Below, one piece after another: positions 19,681 through 29,296 of a stretch of 64,000 nucleotides of DNA; the stretch's first letter is position 1; every line of letters starts with the position of its first letter. This stretch comes from Candidatus Omnitrophota bacterium (GTDB lineage Bacteria > Omnitrophota > Gorgyraeia > Pluralincolimonadales > Pluralincolimonadaceae): contig JBAZJG010000003.1 of NCBI GenBank assembly GCA_041651455.1, forward strand, positions 18,517-82,516. The letters run 5' to 3'. The position numbers and the translations under genes were made by a program. Below the pieces are notes generated by a model. The model ran no database searches and had not been told where the DNA came from. It worked only from the letters and a program-made list of their open reading frames with translations.

Positions 19681-20568
19681 ATGGAAGAGTTCATCAGGGA
19701 GTTCATGGATTTCATTTCCGTAGAACGCGGATTGAGCAAGAACACGCTCGAATCCTACGGGAGGGACCTCGCAAAATACACGGAGTACCTTAAAAAGAGC
19801 GGGATAACCGACCTGAACAGGGTCAAGAGGACGCAGATACAGGATTTTCTCATGAGCCTCAAGGATAGCAAGCTGAACGCAAGCTCTATCGCGAGGAACC
19901 TTGTGGCGATAAAGGTATTCCACAGGTACCTTACGAGCCAGAGGATTCTGAAGGAAGACGTGACTTCCGTCATAGAGACGCCAAAGCTGTGGAAGACCCT
20001 GCCGGACGTGCTCGACGAGAAGGAAGTCGAGGCGATACTTATGAGCCCGAACACGCGTTTGAAGCAGGGGCTCAGGGACAAGGCGATGCTCGAGCTGATG
20101 TACGCGACGGGAATGCGCGTGTCGGAGCTTGTGAACCTGAAATCGACTGACCTGCATATGGATATGGGATTCGTCAGGTGCCTCGGGAAAGGCCAGAAGG
20201 AAAGGATAATTCCCGTCGGAAGCAAGGCCAAGGAAGCGCTGGAGAAATATGTGATGAAAGCGAGGCCTAAATTCCTTAAGAAGGGAGAATCCGCGTCGCT
20301 CTTCCTGACGCGCCTCGGAAAGCCGATGTCGCGGCAGACATTCTGGATGGTCATAAAACATTATGTCAGGGACGCGAGGATAAAAAAGAGGGTCACGCCC
20401 CATACGCTTAGGCATTCGTTCGCGACGCATCTTTTGCAGAACGGGGCGGACCTAAGGATAGTCCAGGAGTTGCTCGGGCACGCAAACATCTCCACGACAC
20501 AGATATATACGCATATTAACAAGGAGCGGTTGAAGCAGATACACCAGAAGTTCCACCCGCGACCCTGA
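19681..20568 (+). CDS. xerD: Tyrosine site-specific recombinase XerD/XerC
   Basis: 295 aa with an N-terminal SAM-like core-binding domain and a catalytic domain (R...HxxR...Y: TPHTLRHSFATHLL, GHANISTTQIYTHI). Confidence 0.8.
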   Translation: MEEFIREFMDFISVERGLSKNTLESYGRDLAKYTEYLKKSGITDLNRVKRTQIQDFLMSLKDSKLNASSIARNLVAIKVFHRYLTSQRILKEDVTSVIETPKLWKTLPDVLDEKEVEAILMSPNTRLKQGLRDKAMLELMYATGMRVSELVNLKSTDLHMDMGFVRCLGKGQKERIIPVGSKAKEALEKYVMKARPKFLKKGESASLFLTRLGKPMSRQTFWMVIKHYVRDARIKKRVTPHTLRHSFATHLLQNGADLRIVQELLGHANISTTQIYTHINKERLKQIHQKFHPRP

Positions 20569-20576
20569 AAGGATTT

Positions 20577-20653
20577 GCGCCTGTAGCTCAATTGGATAGA
20601 GCGTTGGCCTCCGGAGCCGAAGGTTGTGCGTTCAATTCGCACCAGGCGCACCA
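20577..20653 (+). tRNA. tRNA-Arg (anticodon CCG)
   Basis: GCGCCTG acceptor stem, anticodon arm TTGGC-CTCCGGA-GCCGA, T-arm GTGCG-TTCAATT-CGCAC, CAGGCGC-ACCA. Confidence 0.9.
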
Positions 20654-20660
20654 TAAATCC

Positions 20661-20679
20661 CCGCTATAAATTATAGCGG
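20661..20679 (+). repeat. AT-rich perfect palindrome CCGCTATAA-A-TTATAGCGG just after tRNA-Arg
   Basis: Seen directly in the sequence; no U-tract follows. Confidence 0.4.
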
Positions 20680-20708
20680 ATAAGGTTAAAGGAAAACAAA
20701 CACAACAG

Positions 20709-21038
20709 ATGCGCACCATTATATTATTAACGGTTTCGAATATCTTTATGACGTTCGCGTGGTACGGCCACCTGAAGTTCAGGAACACGCCGTTGAAGGT
20801 CGCGATCCTCGTGAGCTGGCTGATAGCTTTCGTCGAATACTGTTTCCAGGTGCCTGCTAACCGCATAGGAAGCTACGAATATTCGACCGCGCAACTCAAG
20901 ACACTGCAGGAAGTCATAACGCTTATCGTCTTCTGCGTATTTTCGGTACTCTACCTGAAGGAAGGATTGAAATGGAATTATATCGTCGGCTTTATGTTCA
21001 TGGTAGCATCCGTATTCTTCGTGTTCAAGAAATGGTAA
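20709..21038 (+). CDS. Small DMT-superfamily-like membrane protein (4 TM)
   Basis: 109 aa, four predicted hydrophobic helices, EamA/DUF486-like. Confidence 0.55.
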   Translation: MRTIILLTVSNIFMTFAWYGHLKFRNTPLKVAILVSWLIAFVEYCFQVPANRIGSYEYSTAQLKTLQEVITLIVFCVFSVLYLKEGLKWNYIVGFMFMVASVFFVFKKW

Positions 21039-22342
21039 AGAGGGAAGGCATAACGCTGTTGATAACAGCGGCAATATGCTTGAACGCCTGCTGCGGCGCC
21101 GCGGAGACCGTTGAGGAAAGGGGCGGCAGGAAATCCAAGGCAATAAAACACCAGGACGGCAGGTGGGAGCTCATCGTGGACGGGGAGCCGTATTACATCA
21201 AAGGTGTCGTATTCAGCCCCGTCGTGATAGGCGAGTCGCCCGGCGACGAGACGATGCGCGACTGGATGTATTACGATGAGAACAAGAACGGAAAGAACGA
21301 TATAGCCTGTGATGTATGGGTAGACAGGAACAGGAACGAAAAGCAGGACCCCGGCGAAATACCCGTCGGCGATTTCCAGGTATTGAAGGATATGGGATGC
21401 AACACGATCAGGATCTACCATGTCCCGTCAGATAACCCTATCCTCGGTGAGATATACCGCAAGAGCGAAAGTTTCCGCCTGCAATACGACCATCCTGTAA
21501 ACAAGGCACTGCTCAGGGAGATGTTCTCAAAATACGGCATACGCGCGATAATGGGTAATTTTATGGGGTCCTGGACCGTCGGAAGCGGCACGACCTGGGA
21601 CCAGGGATGCGATTACACTGATCCGGCGCAAAGGGAAAACATAAAGAAGTCCGTCAGGGCAATGGTAGAGGACAACAAGGACGAACCCTATGTGCTGATG
21701 TGGCTCCTCGGCAACGAGAACAACATCGCGACATGGTCCCGCTGCAACGCCGGCAGCAATATGAAGGATTATCTGACGCTGGTCAACGAGTGCGCGAAGA
21801 TGATAAAACAGATGGACCCCGACCACCTGGTCGGCATATGCGAGGGGTTCAGGGGCAGCCACCTTGCGCTCTACAGGGAGTACCTTCCGGATATAGACAT
21901 ACTCGGGCTCAACGCGTATATGGGCAAGTGGGGATTTGCGACTATGTGGAAGCAGGTAAGAAGGGATTTCGACAGGCCTGTTTTCCTTACCGAATACGGG
22001 ATATTTTCGTATAATAAGAATAAGGGCGATGACGAAGACATGCAGTTAGAGTATCACGAGGGCTGCTACAAGGACATGGAGAAGAACCGCTCCGGTAATT
22101 GCGTCGGCGGCTGCATATTCGACTATCTCGACAGGTGGTATATGGACGGCAATCCGTCGGAACATAATCCCGGGACCAGGTACTGGGATTCGCCGGACAG
22201 GACGGACCACGAGGAATATTTCGGCGTGACATCGATGGGTAACGGAAGCGACAGCATATTCAAAAGGCAACTGAAGAAGTCGTATGAATTTTATAAGAAG
22301 AAGTGGGCGGAAGAGGCCGGAGTTGCAAAAACAGGAGATTAA
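21032..22342 (+). CDS. Lipoprotein glycoside hydrolase, clan GH-A TIM barrel (GH5/GH2-like)
   Basis: Internal ATG at 21032. Signal/lipobox (LNACCG); acid/base-like LLGNENN and nucleophile-like VFLTEYG; a Ca-binding-like loop DENKNGKNDIACD. Confidence 0.65.
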   Translation: MVKREGITLLITAAICLNACCGAAETVEERGGRKSKAIKHQDGRWELIVDGEPYYIKGVVFSPVVIGESPGDETMRDWMYYDENKNGKNDIACDVWVDRNRNEKQDPGEIPVGDFQVLKDMGCNTIRIYHVPSDNPILGEIYRKSESFRLQYDHPVNKALLREMFSKYGIRAIMGNFMGSWTVGSGTTWDQGCDYTDPAQRENIKKSVRAMVEDNKDEPYVLMWLLGNENNIATWSRCNAGSNMKDYLTLVNECAKMIKQMDPDHLVGICEGFRGSHLALYREYLPDIDILGLNAYMGKWGFATMWKQVRRDFDRPVFLTEYGIFSYNKNKGDDEDMQLEYHEGCYKDMEKNRSGNCVGGCIFDYLDRWYMDGNPSEHNPGTRYWDSPDRTDHEEYFGVTSMGNGSDSIFKRQLKKSYEFYKKKWAEEAGVAKTGD

Positions 22343-22344
22343 AG

Positions 22345-22707
22345 ATGCTTCATGCCTTACTTTATGTTATATTAGGTTTGGCTGCCGGAGGGCTCAGCGG
22401 ACTGATGGGAGTCGGCGGGGGTATAATAATAGTGCCCGCGCTCATCTATGTGTTCAAGTTCACGCAGATACAGGCCCAGGGCACGACATTGGCAATGCTG
22501 CTGCCGCCGATAGGCATACTTGCCGCCATAGTGTATTATAGGAGCGGTTATGTCGATGTGAAGGCCGCCGCGTTCCTATGCGTCGGGTTCATCCTCGGCG
22601 GGTTGTTGGGCGCGAAAACGGCGGTTGGGCTTTCGAACTTGTTTCTGCAGAGAATGTTTGGTATATTCATGTTTATAATATCGTTGAAGATGATGTTCAC
22701 TAAATGA
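22345..22707 (+). CDS. TauE/SafE (DUF81) family membrane protein, half-size
   Basis: Internal ATG at 22345 after SD AGGAG. GLxxGxxSGLxGVGGG motif. About 120 aa, against ~250 aa for typical members. Confidence 0.65.
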   Translation: MLHALLYVILGLAAGGLSGLMGVGGGIIIVPALIYVFKFTQIQAQGTTLAMLLPPIGILAAIVYYRSGYVDVKAAAFLCVGFILGGLLGAKTAVGLSNLFLQRMFGIFMFIISLKMMFTK

Positions 22708-22724
22708 GGAAAGGGGGAGCTTAG

Positions 22725-23321
22725 ATGTCCAAGGTCGTTAAGGTATTCCTGCTGGTATCGTCGCTGCTCGTATCGTCATCCGCGCTGATGGCCGAGACCG
22801 CCGATGTCATAAACAGTGACGCGACCCTGAAGGAGGCGGGTTTCTATTCGGGATGGGGAACGGCCGACGTAGGAGATGACGGCGCGCCGAAAGATTACGA
22901 CAACGTATATATCGCGGGCAGGTTCGGGTTCAACCTGAAGAAATGGCTGAATTGGAACGGATTGAAGGGCTCACTCTTATTCATGGTAGAACCTTTCGCG
23001 AACCCGGTGATCAAGCCCAGTTCCGAATATGAGGCCGGATGCAGCCTCGGTTTAAAATATATGTTCCCCCTGGGGGACAAGCTCTATCCGTATATAGAGG
23101 GCGGCACGGGCGGCATCTATATATCCGAGAAGACAAGGAAGCAGGGTTCACATGCGAATTTCGTAGACCACGGCGGTGCGGGCCTTTATTATTTCATAAA
23201 GGACAACCTTGCCGTCAATGTCGGCTACCGCTACAGGCATATATCGAACCTCGGCATAAAGAAGCCGAACGGCGGTATCGACACTAACTCCGTTATCGGG
23301 GGCGTTTCGCTGTTCTATTGA
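22725..23321 (+). CDS. Small outer-membrane beta-barrel protein (PagL/acyloxyacyl-hydrolase-like)
   Basis: Signal peptide, alternating amphipathic strands, and a C-terminal aromatic residue (…GVSLFY). Confidence 0.45.
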   Translation: MSKVVKVFLLVSSLLVSSSALMAETADVINSDATLKEAGFYSGWGTADVGDDGAPKDYDNVYIAGRFGFNLKKWLNWNGLKGSLLFMVEPFANPVIKPSSEYEAGCSLGLKYMFPLGDKLYPYIEGGTGGIYISEKTRKQGSHANFVDHGGAGLYYFIKDNLAVNVGYRYRHISNLGIKKPNGGIDTNSVIGGVSLFY

Positions 23322-25990
23322 CAGATCTTATAACGACCCACACTAACGCCGATTTCGACGCGCTCGCGTCGATGGTGGCGGCGCGCAAACTATATCCGGG
23401 CGCGAGGCTCGTCCTGCCCGGTTCGCAGGAGAGGGCCGTAAGGGAGTTCATGTCCCTTAGCGAGGATATAGTAAAGATAGAACACGAGAAGGATGCGCGC
23501 CTTGACGATGTGGGCCGGCTTATCGTGGTCGAGACGCGGTCTCCCTCGCGTATAGGGAAGATGGCAGGCTTGGCTGGCAGGAAAGGCGTGGAGGTGCATA
23601 TATATGACCACCACCCGAGGTCGCGGGGCGATATCAAGGCCGATAAGGACGTGTACGAAAAGGCCGGAGCCACCACAACGATCATCTGCGACATCGTAAG
23701 GAAGCAGGGCCTCAGGATAACGCCGCTTGAAGCGACAATAATGGCGCTTGGGATATACGAAGACACCGGGTCACTGACATTCCCTACGACTACGAAACGC
23801 GATATAGATACGGTCAGCTTCCTTGTATCGCAGGGAGCGGACCTGAACCTCGTCTCATCGTACCTGAAGAGGGAGCTTACCGAGAAGGAGCTTAACCTCC
23901 TTGCCCGCCTGATCCAGTCAACCGAGATACACGTCGTGAACGGAGTGCATCTTGCGATAGCCTCGGCGACAGACGATGAATATGTCGACGACTTGAGCCT
24001 GCTCGCGCATAAGATAGAAGAAGCGGAGAACTTCAACGCGACCTTCATACTTGTCCAGACGAAGGACAAGGTCCAGTTCATAGCGAGGAGCAGCCTGCCG
24101 TTCGTGGATGTATCGAAAGTAGCGTCATTTTTCGGCGGCGGAGGGCATCCAACTGCGGCCGGCGCCGTCATCAGGCGCAGCGGTTTGCCGGAGGTTAAAG
24201 CTAAACTGCTCGGGTACCTCAGGGGCCATATACGTTCCGACATAAAGGCGAGCGAACTCATAAAGGGCGGGACGCTGGTACTCGATAGCGACGAGGCCGT
24301 AAGCGAAGCGAAGGAGAAGCTTGCGGCATCGGGATCGGAATATGCCGCCATACGGGGAAAGGCTGCCGCAGGTATGCCGGCAGGGATCGTCTCGCTGAAG
24401 GAGCTGGACCGCGCGATATCAAGGGGTTTCGGCCATGCGAGATTGAAGGGCTATATGTCGGGAAAGGTATATCCCGTAGGTCCCGACACATCCATATATG
24501 CCATACAGGATATAATGCAGCAGAAGTCGGTCGGATGCGTGCCCGTGATGGACGGCAGGAGGTTTATGGGGCTCGTTACAAGGACCGACCTGCTCCGCAC
24601 GTTCCACGGCAGGCTCTTCGGGGAACCGGCGCCGGGTACAAATGAAACCGGCGGCGGTTTTGCGATAGACTTGGCACCTAATATAAAGAGAGTTTTTCCG
24701 GCCAAGGTCGCCGAACTGCTGAGGTTCTCCGGAAGGATCGCGGAGGAGATGGGCTTCAAGGCGTTCGCGGTCGGAGGGTTCGTGCGCGATCTCATACTCG
24801 GCGCGGGAAATTACGACCTTGACATAGTCATCGAAGGAAATTCGATAGATTATGCTAAAAGGATGGCCAAGGAGCTATGCGGCGTATACATATACCATAA
24901 GAGGTTCGGGACGGGGACGGTCTTCTTCCCATGCCCCAAAGGGATCGCTCCCGCGAAGTCCGCGGGCGGGAAATGCAAGATCGATGTGGCGATGACGAGG
25001 ACCGAGATATACGAGCGCCCTGCGGCACTGCCGACGGTCAGGTTCGGGCCTATTGAGAACGACCTCTACAGGAGGGATTTCACCATCAATGCGATGGCGT
25101 TCAGCCTCGGCAGGAGAAGATTCGGAGAACTGCTCGACCCGTTCAACGGCAGGAAGGACCTGAAAGAAGGAAAGATCAGGGCCCTGCATGACCTTAGTTT
25201 CGTGGACGACCCGACCAGGATATTCCGGGCGGTAAGGTTCGAGCAGAGGTTCGATTTCAGGATAGAGCCGCATACCGAAGAGCTGATAAAGAAGGCAGTC
25301 GGCCTGAAGATGGTCGACAGGACCCAGAAGCAGAGGATACGCGAGGAGATGATCGCAATGCTATCGGAGGAAGAGCCGTTGAAGGCGGTCAGGAGGCTCT
25401 CCGAGCTCAATGAGCTGCGATTCATAGATAAGGGCCTCAAGCTTACGAAAGGTGTCGTATCGATGTTCGGCTCGACCGGTGAGGCCTTGAAATGGTACGA
25501 CACCAGCGCGCTCAAGAGGAAGCATGTTACCGAACGCTGGCTGTTATATATGGCGGCGTTACTGGACGGGCTCGGACACGAAGCTACGGGCAGGATATGC
25601 TCTGAATTCGTGTTCAGGAAGGACGACTCCAGGAAACTGAACCGTTTCAAGGCGGACCACGAAAAAGTACTCGGCATGCTTTCGAGGAGAGGGAAGATGA
25701 GGCCTAGCGAGATATACGATTGCCTCAAGGATTATCCCCAGGATGTCCTGTTGATGCTGGTTGCGAAGAGCCGTTCGCAGACAGCGAGGCGCAGGATAAT
25801 GGTCTTCCTTGAAAAATATTCGGAAGTAAAACTGCACCTGCGGGGCGAGGACCTGAAGAAAAAAGGCGTGAAACCCGGCCCTCATTTCAAGGATATAATG
25901 GAGAAGGCGCTTTACGCAAAGCTGGACGGAAAAATCAAAACGAAGGCGGAAGAACTCGAGTTCGCCATGGGGAGACTGCGATGGGAATAA
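23318..25990 (+). CDS. Fusion protein: DHH-DHHA1 phosphoesterase + tandem CBS + nucleotidyltransferase (CCA-adding enzyme / poly(A) polymerase head) + HD-like tail
   Basis: TTG start (TTGA overlap with the upstream stop). DHH motifs (HTNADFDALAS, DHH), DHHA1 GGGHPTAAGA, a CBS pair, then the PolyA_pol head (FAVGGFVRDLILG...DLDIVIEG) and an RNA-binding region. Confidence 0.8.
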   Translation: MTDLITTHTNADFDALASMVAARKLYPGARLVLPGSQERAVREFMSLSEDIVKIEHEKDARLDDVGRLIVVETRSPSRIGKMAGLAGRKGVEVHIYDHHPRSRGDIKADKDVYEKAGATTTIICDIVRKQGLRITPLEATIMALGIYEDTGSLTFPTTTKRDIDTVSFLVSQGADLNLVSSYLKRELTEKELNLLARLIQSTEIHVVNGVHLAIASATDDEYVDDLSLLAHKIEEAENFNATFILVQTKDKVQFIARSSLPFVDVSKVASFFGGGGHPTAAGAVIRRSGLPEVKAKLLGYLRGHIRSDIKASELIKGGTLVLDSDEAVSEAKEKLAASGSEYAAIRGKAAAGMPAGIVSLKELDRAISRGFGHARLKGYMSGKVYPVGPDTSIYAIQDIMQQKSVGCVPVMDGRRFMGLVTRTDLLRTFHGRLFGEPAPGTNETGGGFAIDLAPNIKRVFPAKVAELLRFSGRIAEEMGFKAFAVGGFVRDLILGAGNYDLDIVIEGNSIDYAKRMAKELCGVYIYHKRFGTGTVFFPCPKGIAPAKSAGGKCKIDVAMTRTEIYERPAALPTVRFGPIENDLYRRDFTINAMAFSLGRRRFGELLDPFNGRKDLKEGKIRALHDLSFVDDPTRIFRAVRFEQRFDFRIEPHTEELIKKAVGLKMVDRTQKQRIREEMIAMLSEEEPLKAVRRLSELNELRFIDKGLKLTKGVVSMFGSTGEALKWYDTSALKRKHVTERWLLYMAALLDGLGHEATGRICSEFVFRKDDSRKLNRFKADHEKVLGMLSRRGKMRPSEIYDCLKDYPQDVLLMLVAKSRSQTARRRIMVFLEKYSEVKLHLRGEDLKKKGVKPGPHFKDIMEKALYAKLDGKIKTKAEELEFAMGRLRWE

Positions 25991-26343
25991 GGCCTGAAAG
26001 GGTGGCAAGCGAGATGAGGGAGAGCATCTCGATGATAATATCCGAGAACCTGAAGGACCCGAGGATCGGTTTCGTGACGATAACAAGGGTGGAGATCACG
26101 CCGGACCTAAGGAATGCGAAAGTATACTTCAGCTCTCTCGGAGGGAAGAAAGAGAAGGAATACGCTGCGGAAGGGCTTAATTCAGCGACGGGTTTCATCA
26201 GGAAGCTGCTCGGAGAAAGGCTCAGGATGAAGTTCACCCCGGAGCTTTTGTTCAGGCTCGACGAGTCTACGGAGTACAGCCTGCACCTTAACGAGATATT
26301 CGATAAGATACATAAAGAGAAAGAGGGGAAAAATGAGCCTTAA
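25981..26343 (+). CDS. rbfA: Ribosome-binding factor A
   Basis: 120 aa with the RbfA KH-like fold (RVASEMRESISMIISENLKDPRIGFVTITRVEITPDLRNAKVYFS). Confidence 0.9.
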   Translation: MGIRPERVASEMRESISMIISENLKDPRIGFVTITRVEITPDLRNAKVYFSSLGGKKEKEYAAEGLNSATGFIRKLLGERLRMKFTPELLFRLDESTEYSLHLNEIFDKIHKEKEGKNEP

Positions 26344-27310
26344 CGGCGTTGCCGCAGCGATACGCAGGCACAAGAAGTTCCTCGTGACGGCGCATGTCGA
26401 CCCGGAAGCCGACGCGATAGGTTCGCAGCTTGCGTTGGCGAGCATGCTGCGCAGGGCAGGCAAGAAAGCCGTCATAATAGACCAGGACCCGCCGCCGATA
26501 TCCTGCGATTTCCTCCCGGGAATAGGCGCTATTAACGTGCTGGGCAGGATGAAGAAAGAGGTAAAGCCTGGGGATTTCGATTGTGCATTGGTGGTTGACT
26601 GTCCGACGCTCGAAAGGACCGGGAAAGTCGCGGGGCTCATATCAGACGATATGGCCGTAGTCAACGTGGACCACCATGTCAGCAACACGGGTTTCGGAGA
26701 CATAAACTGGGTGGACAGCAAGAGCGCGGCCACCGGCGAGATGGTTTACGGTATCTTCAGAAAGCTGCGTATCAAACCGACAAAGCAGGAAGCAGTGTCT
26801 ATCTATGCAGCAATACTGATAGATACGGGATCGTTCAGGTATTCCAACACGTCCGCAAAGACACATATCCTTGCCGCGGAACTCATGAAGAGCGGTCTCG
26901 ATACGAACTCGATATACGAGAACCTTTTCGAGATGAAGACCTATGAGATAACGCACCTTCTCGGACATTCGCTGTCCACGATGAGAAGGAGCAGGGACGG
27001 CAAGATCGTATGGCTTTGGATAACGGGAGATATGCTCTCCGAATCCGGCGCCGACCTGAAGGACGCGGAGAACTTCATAGGGTTCGCGAGGTCCGTAAGG
27101 GGGAGTAAAGTAGCGGTGCTGTTCAAGCAGGCGAAGGAAGGCGGGGCCATAAAGGTCAGTTTGAGGGGCAAGAACGGTATCGACGTCAACAAGATCGCCT
27201 CGAAATTCGGGGGCGGCGGGCATGCCGCAGCGGCCGGATTCAGCATAAAGGCCCGTGACCGTGCTTCGGCGGAAAAGAAGGTAATAGCTGAGATATCGAA
27301 ATACACCTGA
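26333..27310 (+). CDS. nrnA: DHH-family bifunctional oligoribonuclease / pAp phosphatase NrnA
   Basis: AHVDPEADAIGS, DHH and DHHA1 (GGGGHAAAAG) motifs. Confidence 0.8.
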   Translation: MSLNGVAAAIRRHKKFLVTAHVDPEADAIGSQLALASMLRRAGKKAVIIDQDPPPISCDFLPGIGAINVLGRMKKEVKPGDFDCALVVDCPTLERTGKVAGLISDDMAVVNVDHHVSNTGFGDINWVDSKSAATGEMVYGIFRKLRIKPTKQEAVSIYAAILIDTGSFRYSNTSAKTHILAAELMKSGLDTNSIYENLFEMKTYEITHLLGHSLSTMRRSRDGKIVWLWITGDMLSESGADLKDAENFIGFARSVRGSKVAVLFKQAKEGGAIKVSLRGKNGIDVNKIASKFGGGGHAAAAGFSIKARDRASAEKKVIAEISKYT

Positions 27311-27311
27311 A

Positions 27312-27992
27312 ATGGACGGCATACTGCTCGTAGATAAACCAAAAGGGATGACATCGCACGATGTGATAGATTTCGTGCGCAGGAGTTTCGGCATAGCGAA
27401 GGCGGGGCACGCGGGCACGCTAGACCCTTCCGCGACCGGGCTGCTTGTCGTGCTTATCGGGAAAGCCACGAAGATCTCGTCGCGTTTTCTCGGCGAGGAT
27501 AAGGAATATGAGGCCGTAATGACGCTGGGCAAGAAGACCCATACAGGCGATGCCGACGGGAGGATACTGCAGGAAAGGCCCGCCTCGGGAATAAGCGAGG
27601 AACGAATCCGCAGCGTATTCGCGGATTTCGAGGGCGAGACCGACCAGGTCCCGCCGATGGTGTCCGCCTTGCACCATAAGGGCCGGAGGCTTTATGAGCT
27701 CGCGCGCAAGGGAACGGAAGTGCCGAGGGAGCCGAGAAAGATAAGGATATCGGAGTTGAGGATAGACGGCATAGATCTTCCGGATATAAGGTTTACGGTA
27801 AGATGCTCAAAGGGGACATATATAAGGAAGCTGTGCGACGATATCGGCGAGGCTCTCGGCTGCGGGGCGCACCTTTCGGGGCTAAGGCGCCTAAAGGCGG
27901 GCGAGTTCACGGTAGAGAATTCCACAGATATAGAAAAGCTCAAATCGTTCTCTTCGGAAGAACTTGAGAGGCGGTTGATTAGATATGAGTAA
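27312..27992 (+). CDS. truB: tRNA pseudouridine(55) synthase
   Basis: GILLVDKPKGMTSHDV and the catalytic HAGTLDP motif. Confidence 0.9.
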   Translation: MDGILLVDKPKGMTSHDVIDFVRRSFGIAKAGHAGTLDPSATGLLVVLIGKATKISSRFLGEDKEYEAVMTLGKKTHTGDADGRILQERPASGISEERIRSVFADFEGETDQVPPMVSALHHKGRRLYELARKGTEVPREPRKIRISELRIDGIDLPDIRFTVRCSKGTYIRKLCDDIGEALGCGAHLSGLRRLKAGEFTVENSTDIEKLKSFSSEELERRLIRYE

Positions 27993-28890
27993 GGCATTCG
28001 CGGCAATAGGCATATTCGACGGCGTGCACAGGGGACACGCCAGGATAATCTCGTCAGCGGTAAGGGAAGCAAAGAGGGCCGGTGCAAAGGGGATCGCAAT
28101 AACCTTCGACCCGCATCCCGCAAAAGTGATTGACCCGCGAAGGAAGACGCCCTCAATTATTTCAACGCCCCACCGGGTACGACTAATACACGGTCTTGGG
28201 ATCGGGAAGTGCGAAGTAATAAGGTTCGACAGGAAATTCGCGGGTATCTCCCCGAGGGAATTCGCTCGCGATGTTCTATTGCGTAAATTTCACGTGGCGA
28301 AGGTCTTCGTCGGAAGCAATTTTGTATTCGGGAAGGATAACTCGGGCAACGCGCGCATGCTTAAAAGACTCGGGGCAGAATTCGGGTTCGCGGTAAAAAT
28401 CGTCCCGATGGTAAAGTCCGCAGGCAAAGACATATCATCCACATCGATAAGGAAGATGATCATAAGCGGCGACCTGAAAGGCGCGCAAAAGATGCTCGGA
28501 AGGCCTGTATCCGTGTTCGGCACAGTCATAAGCGGCCGGCAAAGGGGAAGGCTACTCGGATATCCGACGGCGAACGTTGACCCGCACCATGAGGCGATAC
28601 CTCCCGGAGGGATATATGCGGTATGGGTGAAGGTCAAGGGAAGGACGTACGGGGGAGCCCTATTCATCGGAGCCGCATCGACTTTCGGCGAGAAGGACCC
28701 TTCCATCGAAGTCCATATATTCGGGCTTCATGAATTCATATATAAGGAAGATATCGAGGTCATATTCGTAAAGCGGCTGCGAAGCTCCCGCAAATTCAGG
28801 GACCATGAAAAGCTTATCGAGCAGATAAAGCGCGACGATAAGGAAGCGAGGAAAGCCCTCGGGCTCAAGCCTAATAATGCTTTACATTAA
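27985..28890 (+). CDS. ribF: Bifunctional riboflavin kinase / FMN adenylyltransferase
   Basis: [10 protein letters not shown] FAD-synthetase N-terminus and a C-terminal riboflavin kinase ([24 protein letters not shown]). Confidence 0.9.
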   Translation: MSKAFAAIGIFDGVHRGHARIISSAVREAKRAGAKGIAITFDPHPAKVIDPRRKTPSIISTPHRVRLIHGLGIGKCEVIRFDRKFAGISPREFARDVLLRKFHVAKVFVGSNFVFGKDNSGNARMLKRLGAEFGFAVKIVPMVKSAGKDISSTSIRKMIISGDLKGAQKMLGRPVSVFGTVISGRQRGRLLGYPTANVDPHHEAIPPGGIYAVWVKVKGRTYGGALFIGAASTFGEKDPSIEVHIFGLHEFIYKEDIEVIFVKRLRSSRKFRDHEKLIEQIKRDDKEARKALGLKPNNALH

Positions 28891-28937
28891 ATGAGAATTA
28901 TGCTATTATATTGTCAAATCAGGAGGAGGAGAAGTTA

Positions 28938-29207
28938 ATGACGCTTATGAAAGATGCAAAAACGAGCCTTATAAATAACTTCAGGCAGAACGATAAAGAT
29001 ACGGGCTCGGCTCCGGTGCAGATAGCTATCCTTACGGAAAGGATAAACATGCTGACCGAGCACTTTAAGGTCCATAAGAAGGACCATCATTCCCGCCATG
29101 GTCTTCTAAAGCTTGTCAGCCAAAGGCGCAAGCTTCTGGAGTATCTCAAGAGGGAAGATTCCGATGTCTACCAGGAGATCCTGGATAAACTGAGCCTTAG
29201 GAAATAA
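28938..29207 (+). CDS. rpsO: 30S ribosomal protein S15
   Basis: 89 aa from the ATG at 28938, preceded by SD AGGAGGAGGAG. S15 motifs ([32 protein letters not shown]). Confidence 0.9.
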   Translation: MTLMKDAKTSLINNFRQNDKDTGSAPVQIAILTERINMLTEHFKVHKKDHHSRHGLLKLVSQRRKLLEYLKREDSDVYQEILDKLSLRK

Positions 29208-29210
29208 CAA

Positions 29211-29247
29211 CTTCATCTTTTGCGTGGTGTAAATGCGGAAGATGGAG
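29211..29247 (+). other. Hairpin in the rpsO-pnp intergenic region
   Basis: CTTCATCTT ... AAGATGGAG arms (one mismatch), with a U-rich stretch ~10 nt downstream. Confidence 0.3.
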
Positions 29248-29296
29248 CAAGAGGTAGTTTTGTATTCCGAAAGAGCATTACTATCAGAAAGGGTAT

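Noticed and set aside
19681-20653. Tyrosine recombinase next to tRNA-Arg as a phage/island integrase
   Set aside because: It is 295 aa with XerD-type motifs and sits in an operon with ligA; the geometry (upstream of the tRNA) and the lack of any phage genes argue for a housekeeping role.
20972-21031. N-terminal extension of the glycosidase ORF
   Set aside because: It overlaps the DMT gene; the signal peptide begins at the internal ATG 21032.
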